Shown piece after piece: positions 26,936 to 40,300 of a DNA stretch of 64,000 nt. Below the pieces are notes generated by a model that was given only the letters and a program-made list of their open reading frames with translations, did not search any database and was not told where the DNA came from. The stretch covers positions 24,738,001 through 24,802,000 of the forward strand of contig JBHGNT010000003.1 in the NCBI GenBank assembly GCA_043228905.1, in the 5' to 3' direction. The stretch's first letter is position 1. The number at the start of each line of letters is the position of its first letter. The DNA is from Azolla caroliniana (lineage: Eukaryota; Plantae; Polypodiophyta). The translations under genes and the position numbers were made by a program.

Positions 26936-27952
26936 CTCAAATATCCAATTGACTTAAGATTGACCGGCTAGGTTTTTATTGATTTTATTGGACTCCCATA
27001 AAGGAGCATACATAGTTTAAAAACTAGAAAATATGGCCCAACTTCTTAGAGACAAGGCTACAGTAGTGGGGGCCATTTTTACGATGTTGGATAACCTTCT
27101 CGGGCAACAAAGTTGGCCCTCACATAGATTGCAATAATATGATTTTGCTCAATTCCATTTCATTTATCTATAAGAATGCATGAGACAACCCCATTTCACA
27201 ATTCTTGTACTCTCTATCTAAACAACGTGACACGCCTCTCTTTCCCTCTCTCAACCTCATGCTCTAGATTCATCCCTATCCAATTCCCATCTTTCTTGTG
27301 AGTCTAACCTTATGAATTGTGTTGTTATTAGGTTACCAAATTGGTTTCTAGAATCTAGAGAACCCAACTTCGACACACACCATGGGTTCATTGTCCTCAT
27401 TCCCCTCCCCTCCCCTCCCCTCCCCTCCCCTCCTTCCTAAAAAGAGAAAAAGAAAAGCAAAACCCCAATTTCAAATCTCACCACGAGGTCCAAATCGTCG
27501 GTTCAACAAAGATACATCTACATTGTGTGCGCAGGTTGTTGGCAAAGGCCTGGTGGGACCACCAAGACACAAAAGTGGGATGAAAAGTCACACAAAGCGA
27601 GAGAGAGAGAGAGAGAGAAGCTCAAAGCCATGGGGCTCTCGGGTGGACTGACTGACTAGAACTAGAGAGGTCGAAGGCGTATTTGTCTTGGTCAGGAGTA
27701 GTATTTTCGGTGCTATGGGTGGGGTATTTTGTCTTGATTAGACTAGTAGTATTGTGGTGGTGGTGGCAGGGCAGGTTGGGCGAATCCGAATCAAGTGTTC
27801 CCATCTCTTCTCTCTTCTCTTCAATGTGTGTGTAGTAAGTACATAAATCTAATGATTAATCTCTCTTTTTCTTTCTTTGTAATTGTAGCTACTTTCTTGG
27901 CTCTCTCTCACAACCTTGATGCCCCCTCCTCTTCTTCCTCCTCCTATTTTAA

Positions 27953-27967
27953 TACTACTACCACTAT

Positions 27968-28005
<38 letters not shown>

Positions 28006-28020
28006 ATAATAATAATAATA
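27953..28020. repeat. (ACT)n-(AAT)n microsatellite upstream of URGT
   Basis: Directly visible. Confidence 0.95.
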
Positions 28021-28248
28021 TCAAATTACAATAATGCCCTTTTTCTTTTTCTTCCTTTTTTAACTAGAAAAACAGAGGAGAACAGAGGAAGAGAGAGAGA
28101 GAGAGAGACAGAGCTTTTAATCTTCCTTTTGTCTGTCTTTCATTACAAGTCTTTGCTCAGAATTAAGGAAGAAAGACAGAAGGACACAACGAAAGAAAGA
28201 TCGAAGTAAGTAAGGAAGGAAGTGAGTGAGTGAGGAGGAGGTATCGCC

Positions 28249-31200
28249 ATGGCTAATTCTTCTTCTGATGAGGCTCCCAAAAACAGAGGAGCTGTTTCGG
28301 ATGTAGGGGCATGGGCCATGAACATCGTTAGCTCTGTGGGAATCATCATGGCCAACAAACAGGTCATGTCCGCAAACGGATTCGATTTCCGATTTGGTAA
28401 AAAAAACAGAAAGAAGAAGAAGCCCTGTTTCTATTCTCCTTAGTTTGCATTCTCTCTTTCTTGTTCTTCTCCCATTTCCAATTGTTCACATCATTCTTTG
28501 CCATTCTATTCTACCTCCTTTTTCGTTTTCTTTTTTCTTGCCTTCTTTTGGTTGAGGAATCTCAACCAGTGGTAAGATGTTTAGGCTTTCAACATAAGGT
28601 CCCGGTTTCCAATCGGTCGTGCATCTTGCATATCTTTGGTTCATACCATCCATATAATCTCAACAATGGTTGGATTATATTGGCAGTGGAATTATTCCCT
28701 TGTCTATTTTTCTTTCTTTCTTCATTCATTCCTTTCTTCCCCATTACATCTCAATGAATCGGTGAATTGAGTGAGTGAGTGAGTTTTTGTTTTCTGCCTT
28801 TTATGATGCTGGTAGTCCGTGACTCTTACTCTATCTACTCCCCCCCTTCCCCACATTGTATCAATCCATTTGAATTTAGTATTTTTGTTTTCTTGATTTG
28901 TCTTTATGTGGATCTTGATGCATGAGATCAATGAATCTTGTAAGAGATTTCAATCAATTCATAAGGTGTACCAGGGTTTTCTTGATCGAAGGATGCTTGT
29001 AAGGATTTGTAGATTGGTGGATTATTGTGTAAGGATTTTAGACTGAGTTCTTGATGTATGCTAAAGCTCTTAATGACATTCAATTAGTGGACGATTATAT
29101 GTGCATCTAGTTGAGTGGGTTGTAAGGCAGTTTGGACTGATTGATGCAGAGTTAAGATTGATGATGGATTGTTGCAAGGATTCAAGATTGTTGAAAGTTA
29201 ATATGGATGTTAGATTGATGATGGATACTTGGTAAAGATTTATGATTGATGGACATTGGATAGCTATATGGGTGCTGGATTGATGATGGCATTGCCCAAA
29301 TAACCATCGAACCATCCAATATATATATAGACACTGGTCAATCTTAGTATATCTATCCCTCCAAGTTAGGCTGTTTATTCATCCCATTACCTCATGCACT
29401 CTAGCACCTAGGCATAAACACCTCGTGTGATGCATATTGTTAGTCCACACTCAGATTAATGTCCAACAGACAGATGGATGTCAAGCCTTTTAGATTGATA
29501 TAGATGGTAAGCCTTTTAGATTGATATGGATGTCAAGCCTTTTAGATTGATATGGATGTCAAGCCTTTTAGATTGATATAGATGTCAAGCCTTTTAGATT
29601 GATATGGATGTCAAGCCATTTAGATTGATATAGATGCTTGATTAATCATAGAATAGCCCAACAGTTGTTAAATATGACATATTCAGCCATAATTGAGCAT
29701 ATTTATGCATAATGAGATATGCTTTTATGCATCCTATTACAGTACATGATTCTACTCAAGTCGTTAATATGTATCCGAGTACCTTCTATTCACATGTGTA
29801 TGAGCTTCATGTGGCTTTTCCATTTGTGCACATTTCATTACGTTTTTTGAGTGTATCATCTTACTTGCACTTTGCTTGATTCATTACATACTATTACCAA
29901 TTTCAAACAGGGCCAGAAAATTTCAAATTCTTGGGGAAACACAGATTGGGAATTCAGCCGAATTCTCACTATGTCAATGCCATTAAATTTTCAGAGATCC
30001 TGAACTACATACATTAGGAAAGCTTTGGATATCAAAAGAGCCCGTAATTAACCTCTTGACACTTTCCCATTACAAGAAAAGCTGATTCTGTCTAGATCTA
30101 TATGTTGCACTAATTGGAAACCTTACAAAAGAAGACTATTCATTTGAAATAGCTTGATGATATGATTGTAGAGTTTCAAATTCGTCTATTTGGAGTCATA
30201 TGAGAAGTTATGATTTTTTCTTTAAGAAAAGTAAGTGGGTTCCTTTATAGGTCCAAACCTTGGAATCCAACTAAGTTGAAAAAACTATATACATGTGGAA
30301 ATTGCGAGTCTTGATATGAATGATGATGTAAATGCAACTAAAGATCAGACATTACCAGTCAAATCATTTTCTAACCTTCAGTTCTTTGTCTGTTTTGTTT
30401 CTGTAGCAACCACTTTGACTGGCTTCCATTTCATCGTAACTGCTATGGTAGGGTACATCTCATCGTTGTCTAGCAATGCACCCTCAAAGATGGTACCCTT
30501 TTGGGACCTTTTCTGGTTCTCTCTCGTTGCCAACTCATCCATTGTGTGTATGAATCTCAGCCTTATGCTCAACTCTGTCGGATTCTATCAGGTTTGTGAC
30601 CTCTGTTTGCATACCCACGCGTACACATACATATGTAAGCATAATATGCATATATACATAGTACATACATAACTTGCATGCATACGTGCATGCATCTGCA
30701 TACATACATTCATCCATCCATGCATTCATATGTACATCCCTACACCCATATACACATTCATGCATATTTGTATGGAAGAAACTTTAGTAGATTTGATAAA
30801 TGCATATATTAAGGAAATGTGATGTGTTTCTGATCAGATTGCAAAATTGAGCATGATACCAGTCGTTTGTGTCCTTGAATGGTTGCTTCATAGCAAATCT
30901 TATACTCGCGAAGTTAAAGCGGCAGTCCTAGTTGTAGTTATTGGAGTCGGTGTCTGCACGGTGACAGATGTGAACATCAACTTCAAAGGGTTCATTTCAG
31001 CATTATTCGCAGTATTATGTACATCTTTACAACAAATTGTAAGTCTGCACATAACCTTCTTCTAACCATAATCCCCAAAACCTTAACTTAGTTTTTTGTT
31101 TCTTGGGATTATTAGAAAGGAGCCCTAAAAGACTAAAAACCTAACCTCAATGGCTTACCTAACCCTCATAATGTAAACTTTGTGGTTGTTTTATTTTTCT

Positions 31201-32693
31201 TAAAGACTTGAGGATTATCAGAAACAAACATTAGGCCTTAACACTTAAACCCTAAATTCCTTAATTGTATTCATAACCGTAACCTACTGAATGTTAAATC
31301 CTAAATTGCTATTTTATGTTTGGCATTGTTCATTTTTTCTCAGTATATTGGATCATTTCAAAAAAAGTATTCTATTGGTTCATTTGAATTACTCACGAAG
31401 ACGGCGCCAATCCAAGCTACCTCCCTACTCATTTTTGGTCCTTTCTGTGATTACTTCTTGAATGGGAGAAATATTTTGGAGTATCAATTCTCGTTTGGAT
31501 CTATTGTAAGTTCTCGAAAAACCATACTCTTTAAGATATTGAATGGCATGTTTAAGAAAACAAATTATTAGATAGTTTTTTAATCAAATTTCTTAGTCTA
31601 AATGTGGAGAAAAGCTTTTGGATTATCTGCCACTCTGTTTCGATATATGTCATAACATATCTTAAATCCACATACCAATACAATTTCTATAGCATCATCA
31701 AAGAAAAAAAGATTAACAATTTCCACTCATGCATGATTAGTAACTTTTTTTATTTGGCAAAATGGATTGGTTAGATACTTGTATACTCCAGATTTATCAT
31801 AACATATCGTAAAGCCACATACTGCTACACATTCTTTAGCATTATCAAAGGACAAAAAGAAAAAAAATTCCCACCCATGCATACAATTGAATTAGTAACT
31901 TTTTTATTGAGCAAAATGGATTGGTTAGATGCCTTAATTGTATTTTGGCCATACAATTACATTGGCCAGCTCCCAGAAGAGAGACGAGAGGGGTTAGATT
32001 GACAATATATTTGCTTGAAATGGGGCACCTTTGGAAAATAAAGAAAACTTAAGGACATTTGGGGCATAACAAAAACATAGGTTAGGGGCATCTGGTGAAA
32101 TAAAGAAAAGCCAGGTATTTCATAGTTTTGTCCTTTTGAAAAATTCATCTGAATCTTTAGTTTATGTAGCTCTTCACTACCTGATCCTCTTATTGAGACC
32201 TCGATTTGGTGCATGTACTCTAGCCATAGTTGGCAACCTGAATATCCAGAAGATGATTTTATAGATTTGGAGAGAGAAGTTATTTTTACTAAGGCAATGT
32301 TTGGATAGATCTTTACTAAGGCGATTTTGGGTGCAGTTCTTCATAAGTCTTTCATGTGCTTTGGCCGTGTTTTGCAACTTGAGTCAATATATATGCATCG
32401 GTCGATTCTCAGCAGTATCTTTCCAAGTGTTGGGCCATATGAAGACAGTTTGTGTTTTGTTGCTTGGGTGGATACTTTTCGACTCCTCATTAACTTTTAA
32501 GAATGTGATAGGCATGATGATGGCCATATTGGGCATGGTATTATATAGTTCAGCTATGGAGGCTTCAAAACAAGTGCCACCAAAGACGCCTCTACCTCTC
32601 ATGAAAGGCATAAGTTTTGTCAATGACGATGAAGATTTGTCGTTGCTTAAATCATCCCAAGATGTTGAGGGAGGCAAACCAAACTCAAACTGA
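28249..32693 (+). CDS. URGT: UDP-rhamnose/UDP-galactose transporter (Golgi nucleotide-sugar transporter, TPT family), 350 aa, 5 exons
   Basis: Exons 28249-28396, 30407-30591, 30838-31038, 31344-31505, 32337-32693 (GT-AG, 1053 nt in frame). Family motifs [104 protein letters not shown]. Confidence 0.95.
29475..29637. repeat. 27-bp minisatellite, ~6 copies, in URGT intron 1
   Basis: Unit gatgtcaagccttttagattgatat(g/a)g repeated. Confidence 0.95.
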
Positions 32694-35599
32694 ACTGAGT
32701 CGAGCAAGATGAAAAATTTAGGCAGCAATCCATAAGTATCAATATTTATGCATTTAAAATGCCATAGCCATAGCCATAGCACTAGGCAAAGGCTTGCAAA
32801 TTTTTTTATCTTCGATTTTATTAACATCCACCATATTGAGGTTATTTGAATCTCATGCAAGATGTACAGCTATGCAAAACCCCAAACCCTAAATCTTGAA
32901 ACCATGAATGCCACACTAGGGCTTCCAATCAATATTCGCAATGGGTGATTTGTTCTGAATTTGATTAATTTATTTCTTTGATGTATTTGCTTTTCTCGAG
33001 GATTAATAATAAATTGTAAAACCTCTTCCTCTTTCCCATTGGTAAAAAAAGATGGCACTCTACATCATACACTTCATAGAAACACAAACACAAACCATAT
33101 CCCATCAACTATGCCCCGTGAGTGTGTGTTGGCATTTGAGCACTCAAGTGTGCTTTGGCACTTTTTTGTTTGGATATGTGAGCAGTCAAACACAATGTTG
33201 TATGGAGACAAGTCTACAAAGTTTGAACCTATCCAAGAATCAAGATGATGAATGCAAAACCAATGGCAACAAATGGATGGAAAAACAACCTAATGACTAG
33301 TCACATGTAGGCATGGCATGGATACCCCTACCTTTGTCTTTAATTGTGCAATTCTTAAGGAAAATAACCACTTTGATTTTGACACACCAATGTCCTCTTA
33401 ACTCAATAAAATATGCTATGTGCGTGAGTTAAACATCCATATAGCACTAGCATTCATGAAAAATATTTTTAATTGTTTGCCACCCTTTGCAACGATGTGT
33501 CACTCAAAATGCTAGATCTAATAGACCAAAATATTGGATTTAGTAGTATAAGTTCTTTCAACAACATTTCCATCAAAAGACTTGTGCAATGGTTACATCG
33601 TCTTGGGTGGCACACATAATAAGATTATCATAACAATCATAACCAAGTGATTTGTTGATAGCATATGCATATGATGCAATAGGAAAATCTTGAATAAATA
33701 GATCACCAAAAACTTACAAATTGCCTACAACAATCATGCATGAGTATATATCCGTTGAAGATGAAGTACTAATTTTGAAATGGAGGATGCATATGATAAA
33801 CCATCTCATTCAATATTGACAATGAAATGTCATAAAATTTAAAACATGGACAGGTATTAAAATAAAGAACTCTTATGGTCAAATTGTTTGGACAGACAAT
33901 CTTAAATTCAATCATTGATGGAGTTCAAGGGTTCCTCAAGAGTGATGAAAAGATGCAATAAAACTATAAGATAGTACATTGCACTATCAAAATGCTTAAG
34001 AACAATCACACATGGCAAAACTTTTGGGAGTCACGACACACCACCATCAAAGCATCTTGATGGCTTAATAATAACCATTGCAAATGAAGTAGATGAAAAG
34101 TTGACACAATTTAGAAATAAAGATACTTTAACACCATGCTTTTGATGGAGACAATTGGTTCGCTCATTGGCTTGAAACCCATGGAAAACTATGGACCTTG
34201 TTTACCAGTACCCGCATCATGCAAAAGACAATTGACATCCAACAAACACTTCATATTAAGTGGTAGATCTAGCAAAATACACAAATTGAACTCAGTTACC
34301 ATTATAATGTGACTTTTCACACTACAATTTGTTGTCGTCGACCATGCACCATGATGTTGTCCTCACATAATCAAATACTCATAGAGCCCTTTGTTAGTTA
34401 ATTAACATATGTTTGAGGTGAAACCCCACAAGAAATACAAAATAACAAAACTCAAGAGCACCCAAAATACAGTAATAAAGAGGGCTTGAAGAAACTAAAG
34501 TTAAAATTAGGCGTTGACCAAATACCACATGATTTCATGCCCAAAATTCAAGCCAACGGAAAAAGGTGGTGTTGCCTCATAAATGATCGAGAAAGAGTCT
34601 AGTACCCAAAAAGATTTTCCACACTACATGTTTCGAAACCCAAGTTAAAGATTGTCCTTGGCTTGATGGATCAAAACTCTTGTTGATGGACAAGTCCATT
34701 GTTGGAGGGAGAGCCAATGGTGCACCGACTCCCAAATGGGGTGGTGTGCTAAAGGCAACAAAAGAAAAGGAGAAAAGAGTGTCACAAATACTATATTTGT
34801 ACTAATGTGTGTGAGGCCAACTTCAAGGTTACAAAATGTTTGGCTTTTATATGTTTTTTTCACTTGGCCGTTAAGTCACGAGGAGATGTAAAAACTAACC
34901 AACCATTGCAAAGTTCTCACTTGACCATTAATTTCTAAACACATAAGTAACTAACGACATCCTAGTTAAACAAAATTCTACATCTATTAGGTGAATCAAT
35001 TGGTCAAATAATATCCATACAAATCCATCATTGTTTCCAATCATCTTAAACACCTCACACGGAGAGAACGAATTATTGTTTGAGTATCCTATTGGAATTG
35101 AATCTAATAAGCATCTCCACAAGAACACCCGTTGTTAAAATTGTAAACTTGAATTTTAAAGTTTAGCAAGTATTTTCATCCACGTACATGCCTAGGATTT
35201 AGTGATTTTCCATAAAGCATTTCCATGAGCTTGTGGCCAATAGGGGGGGGGGGGGGGGGGAGTAACCTCCATATGTTAAGAGTTGATGACCCATTTATTA
35301 CCTCCAATGTGAATCAAAAGGCTTATGTAATTCCATATGGGTAGTTGATCACGCAACTACCTAGACACGTGCTACCTCTGGTTGTGAATGAAAGGCCTAT
35401 GTAATTGCACATAAGTATATGGTTGATGTTATCCAATAGATTTAAACCAAATGTTTATGTGATGTACACTAGATTAACTTTGCATTGTCCATATTTGAAA
35501 CTTTAGCACATGTCTTCATTAGTGATTGTGTCTACATTAACATAACACCTTTTTTGTCTATGAAGAATCCTTAATGTGGCTCCACATAAACTAAGAGTT

Positions 35600-37020
35600 A
35601 TGAATTCTAACATCGTGGGGTTACCAATGTGGGTTCCTCAGCCAATCCAACAAAGTTTCTATAGGACTACCAAACTTTAATCAATTTAGTGGTATTTGGG
35701 ACACCCTTTCATTTCAACCATCAAACTTCCCAAACACATATTCCTAATAATTGTAAATCGAACATGTACCAATATCGTGGCAAGAATCTTTATACACAAG
35801 AGAATTTGTTGGAATTGTGAAGATAGCTCTATGGCTTCCCTTGCCATCATGTGCCTCTTTGAATCAAGAAAATCTAATCCATGAGGAACGGCTACCTATA
35901 ATAACAACCTTAGACCTCTCTTAGTATGTTTGGAGCACCAAAAAAAGCAGAGGTTATGTTTTGCTACATGTGGTTAGGCCAATCATTACTCTAGAGGTAA
36001 GTAATATTATGGATAAACTAACATCATAATATTTATTTGTAACCATATGTGTAAACTCAACCATGCATATGCATATGAATCACACGAATGCATCTACAAG
36101 AGTTTTAACTTTTCAAAGTTAGCACACAACTTAAGAGCATTTATTATTGCATGCATACTTTGGGGGTTATTATATGACGTAAAATGTGAAACACAAACTG
36201 CCTCTCATAATCTCATCAGATAGTTGTAACCTTGCAATTGTCCATTTGTCATAAGGTTATCAACACATAGTAGTAGTGGATGAGTAGCAATTGTGTAAAG
36301 TATTGCATTGATGGGGCAATCTTGCCATAACGAAATATAGGCGCAAAAGAGCATGCAATCATATTTGTGTAATGTGGCTTCTATAAAACTCTGCTAGATG
36401 GTAGTAAATATTTTGTTTGTATCTGCTCGCATATCATAATCATTGCATCTTGATATATGTATATTTGCATAATTTGCAACAATGTAAGCATGGAAAATGT
36501 TATCTAGGACCCCCCTTTGTGGTATAAAACTATATTGGTTAGTATGGATGTTGTTAGAGAAGCATTCTTTACTTCTATTCACTAAAACTTTTGCTATGAG
36601 GTTGTAAACCACAAACATAAGTGAAATTGATCTTGAATCTAAAAGAGTTTCACACCAATCTTCTTTCTTCATGATTGAATGCAAAGAAAACATTTTAAAA
36701 TTTTCATGAGAAGAAATAACCTAACAACATGGGACACAATGTCTTGTGATTGGACCCATGGGGCCACGATAGGCAATCATCTCATAAACCATGTGTTGTG
36801 TCCCTTCTCATTCTCTTCATTGATTTATGACAGATTTGACGGACAACACGGAGGTTTAGATAATGGTGTGGATTTTTAATTTTTGGTTTACTATATGTGC
36901 TCCATAAAACAACTACGATGCATGTGATTATTGGCGGTATGGAAGCTCCTAAAAAAGGGTTCGAATGAAGGAAAACTAAGCTCAAATCAAAACACATATC
37001 ACAAATACTTGATGGTTCTT
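35600..37020 (-). mobile_element. Decayed L1-like LINE reverse-transcriptase remnant
   Basis: ORF 36394-36693: KKEDW...RSISLMFVVYNLIAKVLVNR...IHTNQYSFIPQRGVLDNI matches LINE RT RPISL...YKILAK.LA.RL...Q..F..GR...DN. Borders uncertain. Confidence 0.6.
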
Positions 37021-37326
37021 GGTACACAATTTTCTCGCTTGCGTTAATGCTATATCTTTATCTATTAAGCGAAATGACGGAATTTAGTCTATCCCATGGT
37101 CACAATCACTAACTTCTTAGTAAGTTCCTTGCATATGATGAACTCTTATCGATGTACTAATAATGGGATAAAACACAGAAAGAAATGCATAGAGGGGTAT
37201 TCTTGTAATTATCAAAGCACAGGGGCATTCTTGTAAATATCGAAATTTGAAGCGGGGGGGGGGGTCTTTCTTCAGGTTTCTCTGTGCAAAGGAGAGACTG
37301 AGAAGAAGGCAGGAAGAAGCGGGGAG

Positions 37327-40300
37327 ATGGTGTTTGCGAGAGTATATAAAGCTTCACAGAGCTTGGAGGAGCTAGCAAAAGGGTTTTACGGGCACTGGAA
37401 GGACAGGAAATGGGTCCCTGCTGCCATCAGCGCCAGGTACCGAGCTCGGCTTCGCAAAGAGACACTCCTTTCTGGAGGGTAAGTCTTTCCTTTACACAGG
37501 AGAGATTGAGCGATGAAAGCGAGCGAGCGAGCGAGAGAGAAAGATTAACGTCTACTTGAGGTCAAAATCTGCATATGAGAATAATCGTGATCACAAGTAT
37601 GAGTGAATTCATGTTATCCGTAATGAAATAGAGATAAAAGCTATATAGTTATGCATTCGACTGCAACTTTCTGCAGTTACATCTACTAGAGTAGTGCATT
37701 AGCGATATTTGAACCGGGGTACATGGATTAGTTAAAACGTGCCTGCCAGTTGTGACAGATCACAGAGAGATAGTGGTACATTCGACTCGAATTCAGAGAT
37801 GGAGATTGTTTTCCTATTTCTGAGATGTTGGGATATGCACAATGCTTTTATATTTCATGGTAGGCATGGAGTCAGAGCATATCTATGAAAGTTGATGGGA
37901 GTATTCATTGACAATTTTCTTAATTGGGGCAAGTTGAAATTCCTTCCTCAGTGGAGTGTTCATCTTGCCTATTGCCGACTTTGCATGTTCCACTACCCCA
38001 CTACCTGTGTAGTGGTGACCACACTCAATTGTGGCACCATTGTATTGTTTTTAACACACATTTATTAATATAATTGTGTTTCCACCAAAAGAAATGCTAG
38101 AGGTGAGTCCATAGCTAGAATCAAACTTAAGGTTGTGTGAATTTGTGACTTTTAATGCTACGATGTAAGTCACCAGGCTAGCAGCCCTCGAGAGAGAAGA
38201 CAACAAGTAAGATCCTTTACTAAGATTATCTGTCAGAGACAACGATTTCATGTATTCAGGTTCCTACATTCGGCAGTGGCATTGAGTAACAAACTAAAGG
38301 TACTGAAAATGCAGGTGGATTGGTTTGTAAATACAATGTATTCTGAAAAAAAAGAGATGAAATTGAAAATTACATCTCAGATTAACTGAACCCACCTCAG
38401 TGTTTTGTAAACACAAGCGTTGCGGCTGGGGTGCAGCCCTAATACGACAAAAAAGGAGATAAAATGAAAAGAAAAATGAGATGTCATGTTCATATTTCCA
38501 AAAGCCAAAGTGACATGTGTGACCAAAGTTACCATCATCATCTCATACATGATACACATACTAGGTGTAAGGTCAGAAAAATATTTTAGTGAATCAAACT
38601 TGTTGAACAATTATCTCCATGATCTGTTTCCTGTATGGCCCATCTGCCTTGTAGCCTGCACTCACAGTCACTGTTGTCACTGGCATTCCTCTGATTGCTT
38701 AATGGTAACTCCTTGGCACATTGTCGCTGGAGGTGCAGACCTATGGAAGCAGTCAGAAATATGTGATTGCCTCAGTGCCCTGTGTGCTAATAGCAGGAAT
38801 ATTTTTTTATGCTTCTAAAGTTCGAGTATGTTTGCTTCTTAAAAAGACGTTAGCATGTCTTTCTTTCTTTCTTGCTGATGTGGTTATAGGCTGGGTATTT
38901 GCACATGAGTTTTCCTTTTTCTCAATCTCTAATCCTTTTAAAAACTTCATGACATGACTTTTGCAATAGGGAGTATTGTGGAGGCTCTGATGGTATGAAC
39001 CAATTTTTATAGCTGTATAGAGTTGCAACAAATCTTGCTCATGCCTCTTTGTTAGCGCCACAAAACATTGCTTACTCACCCCTCTCTGTGATCTCAAGTT
39101 GCCATATATTATGCCCATCTGTAACTCATCAAGCCACCACACTGTTTGCCACCTGCTTACGTGCAGTTTACACCTCAAGCTACCATCCTGTTCGTATTGT
39201 TTTACCTGCCACCTCCTCAGACTGTGAAGGTTGCTATGTTAAATTGATTTAAACCAAGCAATATATGAAAGTGGAATATGGTGAGGCTATTATTGACTTT
39301 AGTACAGTATTTTATACAAGGTATTTCATGCAGTTGCAAAGTTCATCTAAACTGTTGATTGTGAGGTGAAAATCCTGAAGCTTGTGAGCACCATCGTTTG
39401 AACTTTGGGAATGGAACTGGTATAATGAGATAAGATATTACTTTACTGGATGTGGATAATTGATGTCGAGAATAGGAACATAATCATTTGTTCCTAATGT
39501 TGAACCCCTTTAAATAAAAATATTTATAGTTGAGTGGTTTTATGTTTTCTCCATGCTTTGTTATGTTCATACGGTTAATACATGACTGAGAATTGATGTG
39601 AACTTAAAACCTTGGAGAGTTTCTTTGAATCTCTAATCCATGGGCATGTTTCTGTAGCCATTGTCCTTTGGCAGCTTGAGTACCTGTATGAATTCTGCTT
39701 CTGTGGAAGAAAGGGTGACACTGCCTTGTTTCTTAAAACACCACAATATTGCTTCTCCAGCGAAGGTAAACACAAAATCTGTGGTTCATTGTCTTGTGTC
39801 TAAGTCTCCACTGTAATCTGAGGCGCATCATCCTAGTAGACTGGATCTTTATTGTGATGACAATGTGGATCCTAGATGATGCGTGTGGTAAGAAACCTCA
39901 TAACTTGTTGTAAGACATTCCAATGAGCAGGCACTGGATTCTGCATAAAGCTTGAAATGTAGCCTGTGTTGAAACATAGATCTGGTCTGGTGCAAGACAC
40001 TAAGTAGCATAGGATGCTCAATATCTCTCTATAGGGGATTGTCTTCATTTGTTTTCAGGGATTAATTTGAGCTAAGATTTAGACTAGGGTGAGATGGAAT
40101 TAGAGTAGGCGTACAATCCAACACATTGTACTTTGTGAATGTATCCCTTATAAACTTCTTTTGACTGAGATGGTGGCTGTATGGAGATTCTGTGAATGCA
40201 AGCTCCATACCTAAGATGTAATGCAGTCGTCTTCCATCCGTAATGGTTAATATGCTTGAAAGTTCTACGTGACCCGTTTTACAGCTTCAAAAGAGTTACT

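Noticed and set aside
39823-39882. Small hairpin cgcatcatc-ctag...ctag-atgatgcg as an ncRNA
   Set aside because: Only a ~12-bp stem, lying inside the Copia RNase H remnant.
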